NCBI GenBank assembly: GCA_039961715.1 | Contig: JABRVW010000060.1 | Span: 22,949 to 86,948 of the forward strand | Reading direction: 5' to 3' | Length of the DNA: 64,000 bases | From: Ignavibacterium sp. | GTDB lineage: Bacteria > Bacteroidota > Ignavibacteria > UBA10030 | Program-made: the position numbers and the translations under genes | Shown here: one piece after another, positions 19,570 to 28,705 of the stretch | How positions within the stretch are numbered: the first letter of the stretch is position 1 | How the letters are laid out: every line of letters begins with the position of its first letter | The notes under the pieces: generated by a model | The model's database searches: none | Seen by the model: the letters and a program-made list of their open reading frames with translations, nothing else | Told to the model about the DNA's origin: nothing

Positions 19570-20576
19570 GATTTCACGACGTTCTGTTTCAGCCATTCGT
19601 ACGTGATGCGGATACCCTCGCGGAGGGGCGTGACCGTGTACCCGATTTCCCTCTCAGCCTTCGCAGTGGAGTATGCCCAGTCGTGGAGAAACGTTTCCAC
19701 CCACCCAGGCGTGATCTGTGGGTATAATCCAAACCATTCGGCCTTCTTTTGCTCGATGCCGGCATAGAAGTACGCGAGCCGCGGGGGGAGATTGATCTGA
19801 AAATGACGCTTCCCGCTGATCTCGTCCACGAGTTCGAAGAGGCCCTTGAGCGAAGCGTTCTCGCCTCCGAGGATGTACGATTCGCCCGTGCGTCCTCTCT
19901 CCATGGCAAGAATATGCCCCCGGACAAGGTCGTCCACAAAAACGTAGTTGCCGACGTTCAAGCCTCTGTTCAGCAGAACGGGAAGCTTGCCCTTGTCGTA
20001 CATCGAAATCATGAGAGTCACGGAATTCCCTTCCGTCAGTTTTCCGGGCCCGTACACGCGGGTCGGATTGACCATAACAATATCCTGTCCCCGGTCGACG
20101 TGCTTGAGGGCTTCGCGATGGGCAATGGTCTTGCTCTCTTCGTATTCTGTAAAGCAACGTTGAGTGATGCGTGGCATCGTCTCGTCTCCGACAACGCCCG
20201 GCGGGGTTGGTCCATAGACCACGATCGTCGACGTGAAGACAACGCGTTTGACCCCCACTTCCCGCGCTGTATCAAACACCAATTTCATTCCGTCAACATT
20301 CTGCCGGTAGAACACGGCAGGGTCCCTGGACCAGTTCTTGGCATAGGCCGCCAGATGATACACCTGGGTACATCCTTCCATCCCCCTGCGGAGGGAATCC
20401 CTGTTCATCAGGTCACCTTCGACAAACGAAATGCGTTCGTGGTTGAGGCCCGCGCGGTTGCTGGTCGAACGCGTAAGTACACGCACGGTGTGGCCTTTTT
20501 GAATGAGGGCGTTGACAAGCTTCGTGCCAATGAACCCCGTTCCTCCGGTGACGAAGATCGTTGTGGGTGCGGTCAT
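19566..20576 (-). CDS. NAD-dependent epimerase/dehydratase (extended SDR)
   Basis: Rossmann motif IFVTGGTGFIGTKLV. YxxxK present. Start taken at MTAPTT (ATG 20576), giving a 4-nt overlap with the upstream gene. Confidence 0.8.
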   Translation of the reverse strand: MTAPTTIFVTGGTGFIGTKLVNALIQKGHTVRVLTRSTSNRAGLNHERISFVEGDLMNRDSLRRGMEGCTQVYHLAAYAKNWSRDPAVFYRQNVDGMKLVFDTAREVGVKRVVFTSTIVVYGPTPPGVVGDETMPRITQRCFTEYEESKTIAHREALKHVDRGQDIVMVNPTRVYGPGKLTEGNSVTLMISMYDKGKLPVLLNRGLNVGNYVFVDDLVRGHILAMERGRTGESYILGGENASLKGLFELVDEISGKRHFQINLPPRLAYFYAGIEQKKAEWFGLYPQITPGWVETFLHDWAYSTAKAEREIGYTVTPLREGIRITYEWLKQNVVKS

Positions 20577-21394
20577 GGCTTTTCTGAGATCACGGGGGGC
20601 TGCCAGCCTGCCCGGTTCCACTCCTCAAGCTGAACATCCACCGTTCCAAGCGTGATGCTCATTTCCGCCAGGATGGGGATGGCGGCGCCGTCGTCGCTGA
20701 ACCAACCCCTGAAATCCCCCGAAAATCCCCCGATGGTCTTGCCGCCGAAGTTTGCCTTGCCGAAGAGCTCACGGGTCCGGACCGGCTGCTCCAGAGCGCC
20801 GATGGAGATCGGCTTCACCGTTGCCGGGAACGTGATATCGGTGAAGAAGAGGTCGAAATCCACAAGGGTCGGGACGCTCACGGATGTGTCGCGATGCACA
20901 AGCGTACGGGCAAGAAAGATCAGCGAGGCGCCGTCAAAGAACCGATCAACGCTGTCTTTCACTTCCGCTCTGAGGAGCGTGTCGGCGGGAAGCACGTGTT
21001 GCGACATCAAAATCCGCTTCAGCGAATCAACAAACACATATCGTGTCACGAGCGTATCGTCGCCATTGACTTCCCACGATTGGAACGATTCACAGCGGAT
21101 GGGGTTCGACCGGATGACAGCTTCGTACCGATTGTGCACGCTGATGAAGAAAAGGTCGGGATTGGAGTCAAGCGTTATTGCGGTTCGATACAGACCAGGC
21201 CGGTTTTGTACATTCTCCGTGCTGACGGTGATGGTACCGATCCGGAAGAAAAGCCATTTCACCTTGTATCGCAATGTTTCGGAGGACGCGAACACGTTGC
21301 CGTCCGTTTCCCGCTTCGGGGAGGCGAAAAACGGTTCGGCGATAAGATAACCACCGAGAAGCAGCGAACCGAGAAGGCCCGCGACGCGCTTCAT
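20573..21394 (-). CDS. Secreted hypothetical protein (DUF3108-like)
   Basis: Signal peptide MKRVAGLLGSLLLGG. No catalytic motif recognised. Confidence 0.4.
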   Translation of the reverse strand: MKRVAGLLGSLLLGGYLIAEPFFASPKRETDGNVFASSETLRYKVKWLFFRIGTITVSTENVQNRPGLYRTAITLDSNPDLFFISVHNRYEAVIRSNPIRCESFQSWEVNGDDTLVTRYVFVDSLKRILMSQHVLPADTLLRAEVKDSVDRFFDGASLIFLARTLVHRDTSVSVPTLVDFDLFFTDITFPATVKPISIGALEQPVRTRELFGKANFGGKTIGGFSGDFRGWFSDDGAAIPILAEMSITLGTVDVQLEEWNRAGWQPPVISEKP

Positions 21395-21493
21395 GGACAA
21401 GGCTTTTCCTCTGCCGTGGACCATTTCAGTACGGCCGTCAAAATAGCGAAAAATGGGGTGAATTCCAACGAGGAACCGACACTGCGCCGGCGG

Positions 21494-22522
21494 CTATGGC
21501 ACTGACTCTACGCGGTGTTCAATGCGCATCCGCGACTGGTATAACTGCGTTTGCGAGGCATATGCCATCGCTCTGACCGAGAGGCGCGCGGCGATGTACA
21601 ACTGCTGAAAGAGAAACAAAAGGACCATCGACCAGTAACCGCTTACGGAAAGAGTACTCTGAAGAAGGGCATACAGAACAATGAAACCGAGTCCGGTTAC
21701 CACAAGCAGAAGAAACAGGCCGGCGGTTGCAGCGAAGTTGGAAAACACAAAGCGCATGCCCGCCCAGGTCGCAAATAAAGCACTGAACCGGTCATCAACA
21801 ACGGTGCGGATTTTGGCGTAATCGAAACACAGGATAAGAATACCAAGAACGATCAGTATGACCGCATTGCGAATCATGTAATGCAAGAATGGGGTCCACT
21901 CCGAAGGGGAATCCTGCGTCATGGACGGTATGCTCCCCGTCCACCAATCCACGATCCCTTCGAAGAACACAAGCCCTATGATCAGAAACACCAGCGAGAT
22001 CCTGAAAAATTTCCCGAAGTATTTTGCTCCTTCCATCAGGAATTCCTGAAACGTCACACGGTACGGCTTCGCAAACGACCCGATGAATGACCCGGCGAGG
22101 AAGGTCGAGGCGAGCAGATAGACAAACGTCAGAATTGTCACCGGTCCGAGGTATTCGATGCCGACCCTCCAGCGAAACACAAGATCCACCAGAAAATTGC
22201 CGATGGCTTTCAGGACGACGCCGGAGAGAAACATCTCATAGTGTGCAAAGAAAGGGGCGTATCCGGTGATCGTATAATCGAAGGAACGCACGAGCGAATG
22301 CTCCTGATGATCCGCCCGGAAGGTATCGAACCAGTTCGAATCCAGGCCCTGCAAAAGCTTCTCCTCATACACGGTACTGCCAATGTAGTCGTCGAGGAGA
22401 TTGACGATCGGAAGCGCCACGGTGAAGGCAAGTACCACGTTGACGATCCAGGCGAAGAACACCATTCGCTTGGCTTGCCAGGCCTGTCGGAATCCGATAC
22501 GGAAAGCCTGAAGAATGCTCAT
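21494..22522 (-). CDS. Hypothetical polytopic membrane protein
   Basis: About 7 predicted TM segments. No recognisable motif. Confidence 0.4.
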   Translation of the reverse strand: MSILQAFRIGFRQAWQAKRMVFFAWIVNVVLAFTVALPIVNLLDDYIGSTVYEEKLLQGLDSNWFDTFRADHQEHSLVRSFDYTITGYAPFFAHYEMFLSGVVLKAIGNFLVDLVFRWRVGIEYLGPVTILTFVYLLASTFLAGSFIGSFAKPYRVTFQEFLMEGAKYFGKFFRISLVFLIIGLVFFEGIVDWWTGSIPSMTQDSPSEWTPFLHYMIRNAVILIVLGILILCFDYAKIRTVVDDRFSALFATWAGMRFVFSNFAATAGLFLLLVVTGLGFIVLYALLQSTLSVSGYWSMVLLFLFQQLYIAARLSVRAMAYASQTQLYQSRMRIEHRVESVP

Positions 22523-24372
22523 GAGGAAGCCCTTTGTTCTGATGACGGAACGGAATCAAACAAGACATTCTTGTACCTCTGGTACGCGTATGAGACACCC
22601 AACAGGATGACGCCGAGCCCGAGAAAGGAGAATACGCGGTAGAGTGTTTCAAGGAAGGCGAGATCGATGATGAAGATCTTCAGAATCGTGAGACCAAACA
22701 GGCCGATGGCGAAGTACCGTGGTCCCCGCACACCCCTCCACAGTCCCACCGCCATCGCAAGAATGGAGTAAATGAGCCACAGAACGGAGATTGCGAGTTG
22801 GCGAAGGTTGAGGACGGAGGTGATCTCGTCTTTGATCGTTTCGCCGGGATGGTCCCGTCGAAGAACATGCAGAGCATGTCTGAAAAAATCGTTCGTTTCT
22901 GCTGTCAAGATGACAAAGAGCGTCAGGAAGAACACAAACCCGAGGATTGGTCGACATTTCCGTGCCAGAGCCGAGGCTGTCCGGGCGGAGATAAGAGTGG
23001 CTGCGCCGATCGCCGCCGCGAGAGTAACCGCGGTGAGCACTCGGGGCGTTGCCAGAAGCGTAAAGTCGCCGATGGGCTCGTACACCAATGATCCATCCAG
23101 CGTGAAGAATCCGAACAGAGCACACGCAAAGAATCCCAGGGCGGAAACAAGAAACGCCGTTCGCTGATACTTTGCTCCGGCAAGAAAAAGCAGAAAGGCT
23201 TCCACAGCCCACAGACGGACGGTGTTCGTTTCGCTGAACTCGAAAGCCGTTCCCAGGAGCAGGAGGCCTGCGGTCATGGCCTCAAACCGCTCGGGGGTTC
23301 CCCGTGTGCTCTCGCGGGGAAGAACGCGTCCAACAGGAACCGAGAGGGCATACACCAGGGCCAGGGCAAGGAAGGCTATGCCGACGCTGTCGGGATCCCT
23401 GTTTCCGATGAGAATCCCGATTGCGATGGAAGTCAGGAGCCCGTGAAATGATTGCACCGTATGCCGAACCGCCGTCAGGGAAGCAAATCCCAACTTTTGA
23501 CGCAGAAGGTCTGCAACGTGGAAGAGAAGCCAGAAGACGCCAAGGAAGAAAAGGGTCAGCGCAAAATCCCCATCAGTGTAAAATTCTGCATACCATGCGA
23601 AATACACCGTGAACAGGGCGGTAAGCGACAGCGGCTCCAGAATGTACCAGGCTTCCTTTCTGAGCGTGATGCCGAGGAGCCCAACCGTCAGAAGTGCCGC
23701 GTAGGTGAACAAAGCGATCTCATTCGACTCACCGGTGCTGAGCAGGAACGGCGTAAGGAATCCACCGAGCCATCCGAGGATGCTCACTGCAAGCGAGTCA
23801 TAGCGAACGGCTTGAACCAGCGTGAGAATGGTCACGCCCGACATGAGGACAAATGCGGCCCATTGAGGGATCAGATGATAGAAGTTGAATGATGCGTACA
23901 GAGAAAGGTAGAGAATGGCAATGCCCGCTCCCACAAGACCCTGCGCAAAGATCGCGTATCCGCGCGTTCGCGAGCGATCGCCGGCCCAAAGGCAGAGGAA
24001 ACCAGTGATGATCCCGATCAACACGCGCAACGTTTCGCTCAACCAGCCGTGGTCGAATGCATACTTCAAAAAGAAGCCCATTCCGATCACCAGTGCCGCC
24101 GCGCCGATGCGGTTCATGAGCCGTCCGCCGATCAAGGCTTCCAGCTCCTGCTGGTGGATGCCCGTGCTCTGTGCTTCGGCCGGCTCCGCCTTTGTTGTTG
24201 GCCGGGGAACGGGAGGAGGAGGCGCTGCAGGGGTCGCAGTCGCTCGTTCCGCACGGATTCCCGCCTGCTCTTCAAGCCGCGAAATCCGCTGGCCGAGGGA
24301 GCTCACGCGGACAAAGAGCACGATGAGGAGAACGATCGGGACGATTAAAATGAGCAGGGCAATTGCAGCCAT
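22519..24372 (-). CDS. Large polytopic membrane protein (DUF2339-like)
   Basis: N-terminal TM + coiled segment (RISRLEEQAGIRAER) + Pro-rich linker, then more than 12 TM helices. 4-nt overlap with the downstream gene and 3-nt gap from the upstream M1 gene. Confidence 0.45.
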   Translation of the reverse strand: MAAIALLILIVPIVLLIVLFVRVSSLGQRISRLEEQAGIRAERATATPAAPPPPVPRPTTKAEPAEAQSTGIHQQELEALIGGRLMNRIGAAALVIGMGFFLKYAFDHGWLSETLRVLIGIITGFLCLWAGDRSRTRGYAIFAQGLVGAGIAILYLSLYASFNFYHLIPQWAAFVLMSGVTILTLVQAVRYDSLAVSILGWLGGFLTPFLLSTGESNEIALFTYAALLTVGLLGITLRKEAWYILEPLSLTALFTVYFAWYAEFYTDGDFALTLFFLGVFWLLFHVADLLRQKLGFASLTAVRHTVQSFHGLLTSIAIGILIGNRDPDSVGIAFLALALVYALSVPVGRVLPRESTRGTPERFEAMTAGLLLLGTAFEFSETNTVRLWAVEAFLLFLAGAKYQRTAFLVSALGFFACALFGFFTLDGSLVYEPIGDFTLLATPRVLTAVTLAAAIGAATLISARTASALARKCRPILGFVFFLTLFVILTAETNDFFRHALHVLRRDHPGETIKDEITSVLNLRQLAISVLWLIYSILAMAVGLWRGVRGPRYFAIGLFGLTILKIFIIDLAFLETLYRVFSFLGLGVILLGVSYAYQRYKNVLFDSVPSSEQRASS

Positions 24373-24375
24373 GAT

Positions 24376-26517
24376 CTAACGCCAGAACGATCCTACTTCC
24401 ATGAAATTCTGCACCCAGAAGAGCCAACGAATGCCGAGAGCTCGAGCGGCGGTGGAACGAAATCCGGAAGGTCGGACAACCTTGCTGTTGTTCACATAGT
24501 TGACGTCCATGACGATCTTCATGTCCGGATCGACGACGGCATACCGAACCGGCGAATTCGTCCTGTACACGAATTGCGTCCACCGGTACTCGCCGTCCCA
24601 ATGCTCCCGTCGTTCCTCCCCGTTGTCAAAGACGACAAGGACATCCACCGGTGAAATGGCTTCTCCCTCCCGGCTGACTACCACAGTGCATTCGTACGCG
24701 GAGTCGGGCGGCGCGGGAGGATCCACCGGTTGTCCATTGTTCGTAAACACGCCCGCGGGCGGAGGAAGCCTTCGGTTCACGATGGACTCAATCTTGTAGT
24801 CGAACAGATTACTGCTGTACCAGGTGTTGCGGAAAAACCAGCTCATGTCGTTTCCGGTTACTTCGTTGACGACGGCGATGAAGTCTTGAGAAGTGGGGTG
24901 TTTGAAGCGATAACGGTGGTGGTAGGTGCGCAGAATTCGGTACATGGCTTCCTCCCCCACCGTGTATTCCAATTGCCAGAGCGACATCGCGGGCTTCGTG
25001 TAGGAATTCAGGCCATAGGACTGAAAGTACTCCCACCCCCTGCGGGCCATGACATCGTTCTTGCCTTGGTTCCGAAGCTGAAGATTTCCGCTGGAGTATC
25101 GCGATTGTTCGATGTCGTTGAACACGTAGGGAATCCCCACGAAGGACCCGGCTCCCGGTCCACCAAAGAAATACCGAACCGCCTTGAACGGAGGCCAGGC
25201 AGTCTGCAGAACACGGTCCTGAGAGTACGAATTGAAACCTTCATCGAGCCAGGCTTCCTCGAACTCGTTGTTGCCGATCAGCCCATACCAGAACTGGTGG
25301 CCGAATTCATGGACGGTGACGCTTTCGGGAGACGGAGCTTCCTTCGGGGCAAACATGGTTCCCCCTCCCGTGAAGATCGTCGGATACTCCATGCCACCCG
25401 ACCTGCTGTCGTTGGCCGGATCGACCACCGTGACCGTCTCGTAGGGGTACTCTCCGTACCACTCTCCGTAGTATCGCAGGGCCTTGAAGGTCGCCTCAAA
25501 ATAGCGCTCAACCAGATTCTGGTGATGTGGTTGGGACAGAAGGATGACCTGGACGGGCCTCAGCGGATGGTGACGGTCCAGGCGTTCGCCTTCTTCGGGC
25601 TCTGCGTGAACGAATGTTCTGACCTCACGGACCAGGCTAGGAGATGCAACCCATGTGAAATCGTGGACATCTTCCTGATAAAACCGATGAGTGGTGGTTC
25701 CGTCGCTGTTTTGGCGAATCTCCCGCGGAATCCCCCCTGTTGCACCTATGACGTAATGATCCGGAAGGGTGATCTTCACGTCATAGACCCCGTAGTCTGC
25801 GAAGAATTCAGTCGTCGCATGAAACTGGTGGCAATTCCACTCGCCGTTCCACCACACGCCGATCTTCGGAAACCACTGGGCCACAAAATGATAGTCCCTG
25901 ATGGCCCCCGTGCGGGATATCGGAAGAGGCTGTTTTGTTTCAAACTCGATGCGCAGTCTGAGGGTTTCTCCATTTCTAATCGGCCGCGGAGTGGCGATCT
26001 GGAAAACTGTTTGATCGTCGGCATTGTCGTCGTCGGGCTGAATATAACGGAAGGTTCCCGTGATGTCCGTTTCGCCGCGCTGGTCAAGCATGACCACGCG
26101 CGTAACGTTGGTATAACCATAATCCTCCTGCTTCATGTTCGGGCGGCCGAGTCTCCATCCGCTTTCTTTGGCAAACGTACTCCGATTGTTCTTCCAGGCG
26201 TTGTGATACAGATGAAAGGGGAATTGGGATTGAGGACGGCCTGTCGTGTTCTTCCATTCAAGGATTTCCCATCCCGAGATGCGCCGGGCATCCGGATCCA
26301 GCCGGACATCCATGGTGTAGTTGGCGATGCGTTCGCTCCGCGGCGGAAGTGTGAGGGCGCGATCCCAGGCCGCGAGAGCTGAACCCTGGGAGAGACTGGG
26401 TCGTGGCGGCGAATCGATGGCGCGATTGCTTTGAGGCAGGCCAAGGAACGCGACGAGAGCGAGCGCGACTGCAACCAACACGCCGCCTTCAAGGAGGGAA
26501 AGGAACCGACGGGACAT
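24376..26517 (-). CDS. M1 family zinc metallopeptidase (aminopeptidase N-like), secreted
   Basis: Signal peptide. HEFGH + 18 residues + E (HExxHx18E). GGMEY variant of the GAMEN exopeptidase motif. Confidence 0.8.
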   Translation of the reverse strand: MSRRFLSLLEGGVLVAVALALVAFLGLPQSNRAIDSPPRPSLSQGSALAAWDRALTLPPRSERIANYTMDVRLDPDARRISGWEILEWKNTTGRPQSQFPFHLYHNAWKNNRSTFAKESGWRLGRPNMKQEDYGYTNVTRVVMLDQRGETDITGTFRYIQPDDDNADDQTVFQIATPRPIRNGETLRLRIEFETKQPLPISRTGAIRDYHFVAQWFPKIGVWWNGEWNCHQFHATTEFFADYGVYDVKITLPDHYVIGATGGIPREIRQNSDGTTTHRFYQEDVHDFTWVASPSLVREVRTFVHAEPEEGERLDRHHPLRPVQVILLSQPHHQNLVERYFEATFKALRYYGEWYGEYPYETVTVVDPANDSRSGGMEYPTIFTGGGTMFAPKEAPSPESVTVHEFGHQFWYGLIGNNEFEEAWLDEGFNSYSQDRVLQTAWPPFKAVRYFFGGPGAGSFVGIPYVFNDIEQSRYSSGNLQLRNQGKNDVMARRGWEYFQSYGLNSYTKPAMSLWQLEYTVGEEAMYRILRTYHHRYRFKHPTSQDFIAVVNEVTGNDMSWFFRNTWYSSNLFDYKIESIVNRRLPPPAGVFTNNGQPVDPPAPPDSAYECTVVVSREGEAISPVDVLVVFDNGEERREHWDGEYRWTQFVYRTNSPVRYAVVDPDMKIVMDVNYVNNSKVVRPSGFRSTAARALGIRWLFWVQNFMEVGSFWR

Positions 26518-26595
26518 GGTGAGTCTCCTGGGTCTTATTCTGTACCAAACGGTTTCTGAATATAGGAAAAAGCGGCCTGAAAAGAGATACGCCCG

Positions 26596-28635
26596 TCAGC
26601 GGCTGCGAATCCGGGCCCGGAGATCTTCCAGAAGCCTGGGATCTTGTTTGTAGCCCATTGTTTCAAGCCGCTCAAAGTGCTGTAAGGCAGCGGCATAGTC
26701 TCCCTTTCCCATGAAAGCCAGGCCCCGGTTTCGGAATGCGTCAACGTGATTCGGATTAAGCTCCAGGGCGCGCGTGAAATCGTGGATCGCAGGATCAAAC
26801 ATGCCGAGGTTGGCATAGGCGCTTCCCCGGTTGACGAAAACGGCCTCCGAGGCAAAGCCCAGGCTCAACGCTTGTGTGTAATCCCGAATGGCCGAGGTGA
26901 AGTCGCCGAGACGGAAGGACACGTCACCGCGCCGCATGTAAGCTTCTCCAAAATCCGGTTGAAGCCGGATGGCGATTGTGAAATCGCGGAGGCTTTCGTC
27001 GGCTCTTCGCAAAAGATCGTACACCTGCCCCCGCAGCACGAGGGCAAGGACGTTTCCCGGCTCGATCTCAAGAGCCTTATTGCATGCGGCAAGCGCTTCG
27101 GGAAGATTCCGCTGAAGCATGTGCACCCGGGCTGCATTGATGAAGGCATCGGTGTAAACAGGATAAGCATCATGCGCCCTTCGATAATCTGCAAGCGCCA
27201 TGTCATATCGTCCCTGGCGGGCATGGATGTTCCCCCGATTGTTCCACCCGATTGCAAGCGTGCTATCGCGCTCAAGCGCAAGCGTATAATCGTCAAGAGC
27301 CTGCTCCAATTTTCCCCGTTCCGCATATGCAAGTGCACGGTGGACGTATGCCATGGGCGGGGGGGGATCGGAGGCTTCAAGAACCGAGTTCCAGAGCGTC
27401 AGGCTGTTCTCCCAGACCTTTGTGCGTTCGCGCGTTGCAAAGGCGAGCAGAAGAACAGCAACGGCCGCGGCGACAGAGACCAGTGCACGGGGAAGACCGC
27501 GCGAAACGAACCGCTCATGGACCCGAACCGCAGCAAGGGCCACGATCATCAACAGACCGGTAAGCGGAATGTAGGTGAAACGATCGGCGATCAGGGCGAC
27601 ACCGGCAGGGGCAACTTGAAGCACCGGTACGAGGGTGACCAGATACCAGAGCACGCCAAAGGCCACGAGGGGGGCCCGGTCTCGGAGGAAGAAGGCGCCT
27701 GCGAGGATTCCGCCCACGATGAAAGGAAAAGCGAAGAAAATGGCCGGGACTTCACCGCTTGTCAAAGGCGCCTGGTAGAGAGCGGAGAGATTTACGGGTA
27801 AGAGAAGTTTCCCCGCATAAAAAAACACGGCCCATGAGGCAAGAGCAATTCGCTCGAAAAACGAGAAAGCGGCCTGGCCGGTCTGAATCTGCTGAAGGGA
27901 ACTTGTCGCGGGGTCATGCGCGATCAGGGCAAGGACGCCCGATGCCATGGCCAGCAGGAAAAAAGGGATCTTCTCCATGACAACGGATCGCGCCAGTGTT
28001 CGCCGCTCAAAGACGTCGATGAGGACAAGGATCACGGGGAATGACATCGCCATGGCCTTGGAAAGCAGGGAGAAAAGGAACGCAATGCCTGAGAGGAGGA
28101 GAAGAGCTCTCCTGTGCGGCGTACGAACGTACGCCAGATAGACAAGCAGGCCGGCAAAGTATCCGACGGCACATAAGACGTCCTTGCGCTCCGTCACCCA
28201 GGCAACGGATTCCACGCGAAGAGGATGGACCGCAAACAGGAGTGCGGTCAGGAGGGCAAGAGGTATGCTCTGCCTGAGACGAAATACGAACCAGAGAACC
28301 AGGACTGCACTGACGCAATGGAGAACAACATTGGTCGAGTGATAGAGCGCAGGCTCCAGCCCGGCAATCTGATATTCCACAGCGAACGAGAGCAAAACGA
28401 GCGGAATGTAATGACGGAATTCCCGGAGAGAATCAAATGAGAACATGGCTGAGATGTTCTCGGCGTTCAGGGAGCGGATCAGGCGATTCTCGGTGACGAG
28501 AACGGGATCGTCCCAGTTGGTGAATCCGGCGGTGAAGACGGGGGAAAACGTGATGAAAGTGACGAGGATGACAAGGGCGGAGGCGCCGGTGAGTCGGTTT
28601 CTCGTCTCTTGGTTCAAGTGTTCAAAGAAGGGCAT
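26596..28635 (-). CDS. TMTC-like membrane protein: N-terminal polytopic (DUF1736/GT39-like) domain + C-terminal TPR repeats
   Basis: N-terminal FTNWDDPVLVTEN motif typical of TMTC/PMT-like proteins. About 10 TM helices. At least 7 TPR repeats (AYxRRGxA... pattern). Confidence 0.7.
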   Translation of the reverse strand: MPFFEHLNQETRNRLTGASALVILVTFITFSPVFTAGFTNWDDPVLVTENRLIRSLNAENISAMFSFDSLREFRHYIPLVLLSFAVEYQIAGLEPALYHSTNVVLHCVSAVLVLWFVFRLRQSIPLALLTALLFAVHPLRVESVAWVTERKDVLCAVGYFAGLLVYLAYVRTPHRRALLLLSGIAFLFSLLSKAMAMSFPVILVLIDVFERRTLARSVVMEKIPFFLLAMASGVLALIAHDPATSSLQQIQTGQAAFSFFERIALASWAVFFYAGKLLLPVNLSALYQAPLTSGEVPAIFFAFPFIVGGILAGAFFLRDRAPLVAFGVLWYLVTLVPVLQVAPAGVALIADRFTYIPLTGLLMIVALAAVRVHERFVSRGLPRALVSVAAAVAVLLLAFATRERTKVWENSLTLWNSVLEASDPPPPMAYVHRALAYAERGKLEQALDDYTLALERDSTLAIGWNNRGNIHARQGRYDMALADYRRAHDAYPVYTDAFINAARVHMLQRNLPEALAACNKALEIEPGNVLALVLRGQVYDLLRRADESLRDFTIAIRLQPDFGEAYMRRGDVSFRLGDFTSAIRDYTQALSLGFASEAVFVNRGSAYANLGMFDPAIHDFTRALELNPNHVDAFRNRGLAFMGKGDYAAALQHFERLETMGYKQDPRLLEDLRARIRSR

Positions 28636-28705
28636 TCAGGAATCTGCGCAAGAAGAGGCACGGAAGAGTGTACCGCACAATTCCTTTGAATGCAAGATTT
28701 GCTAG

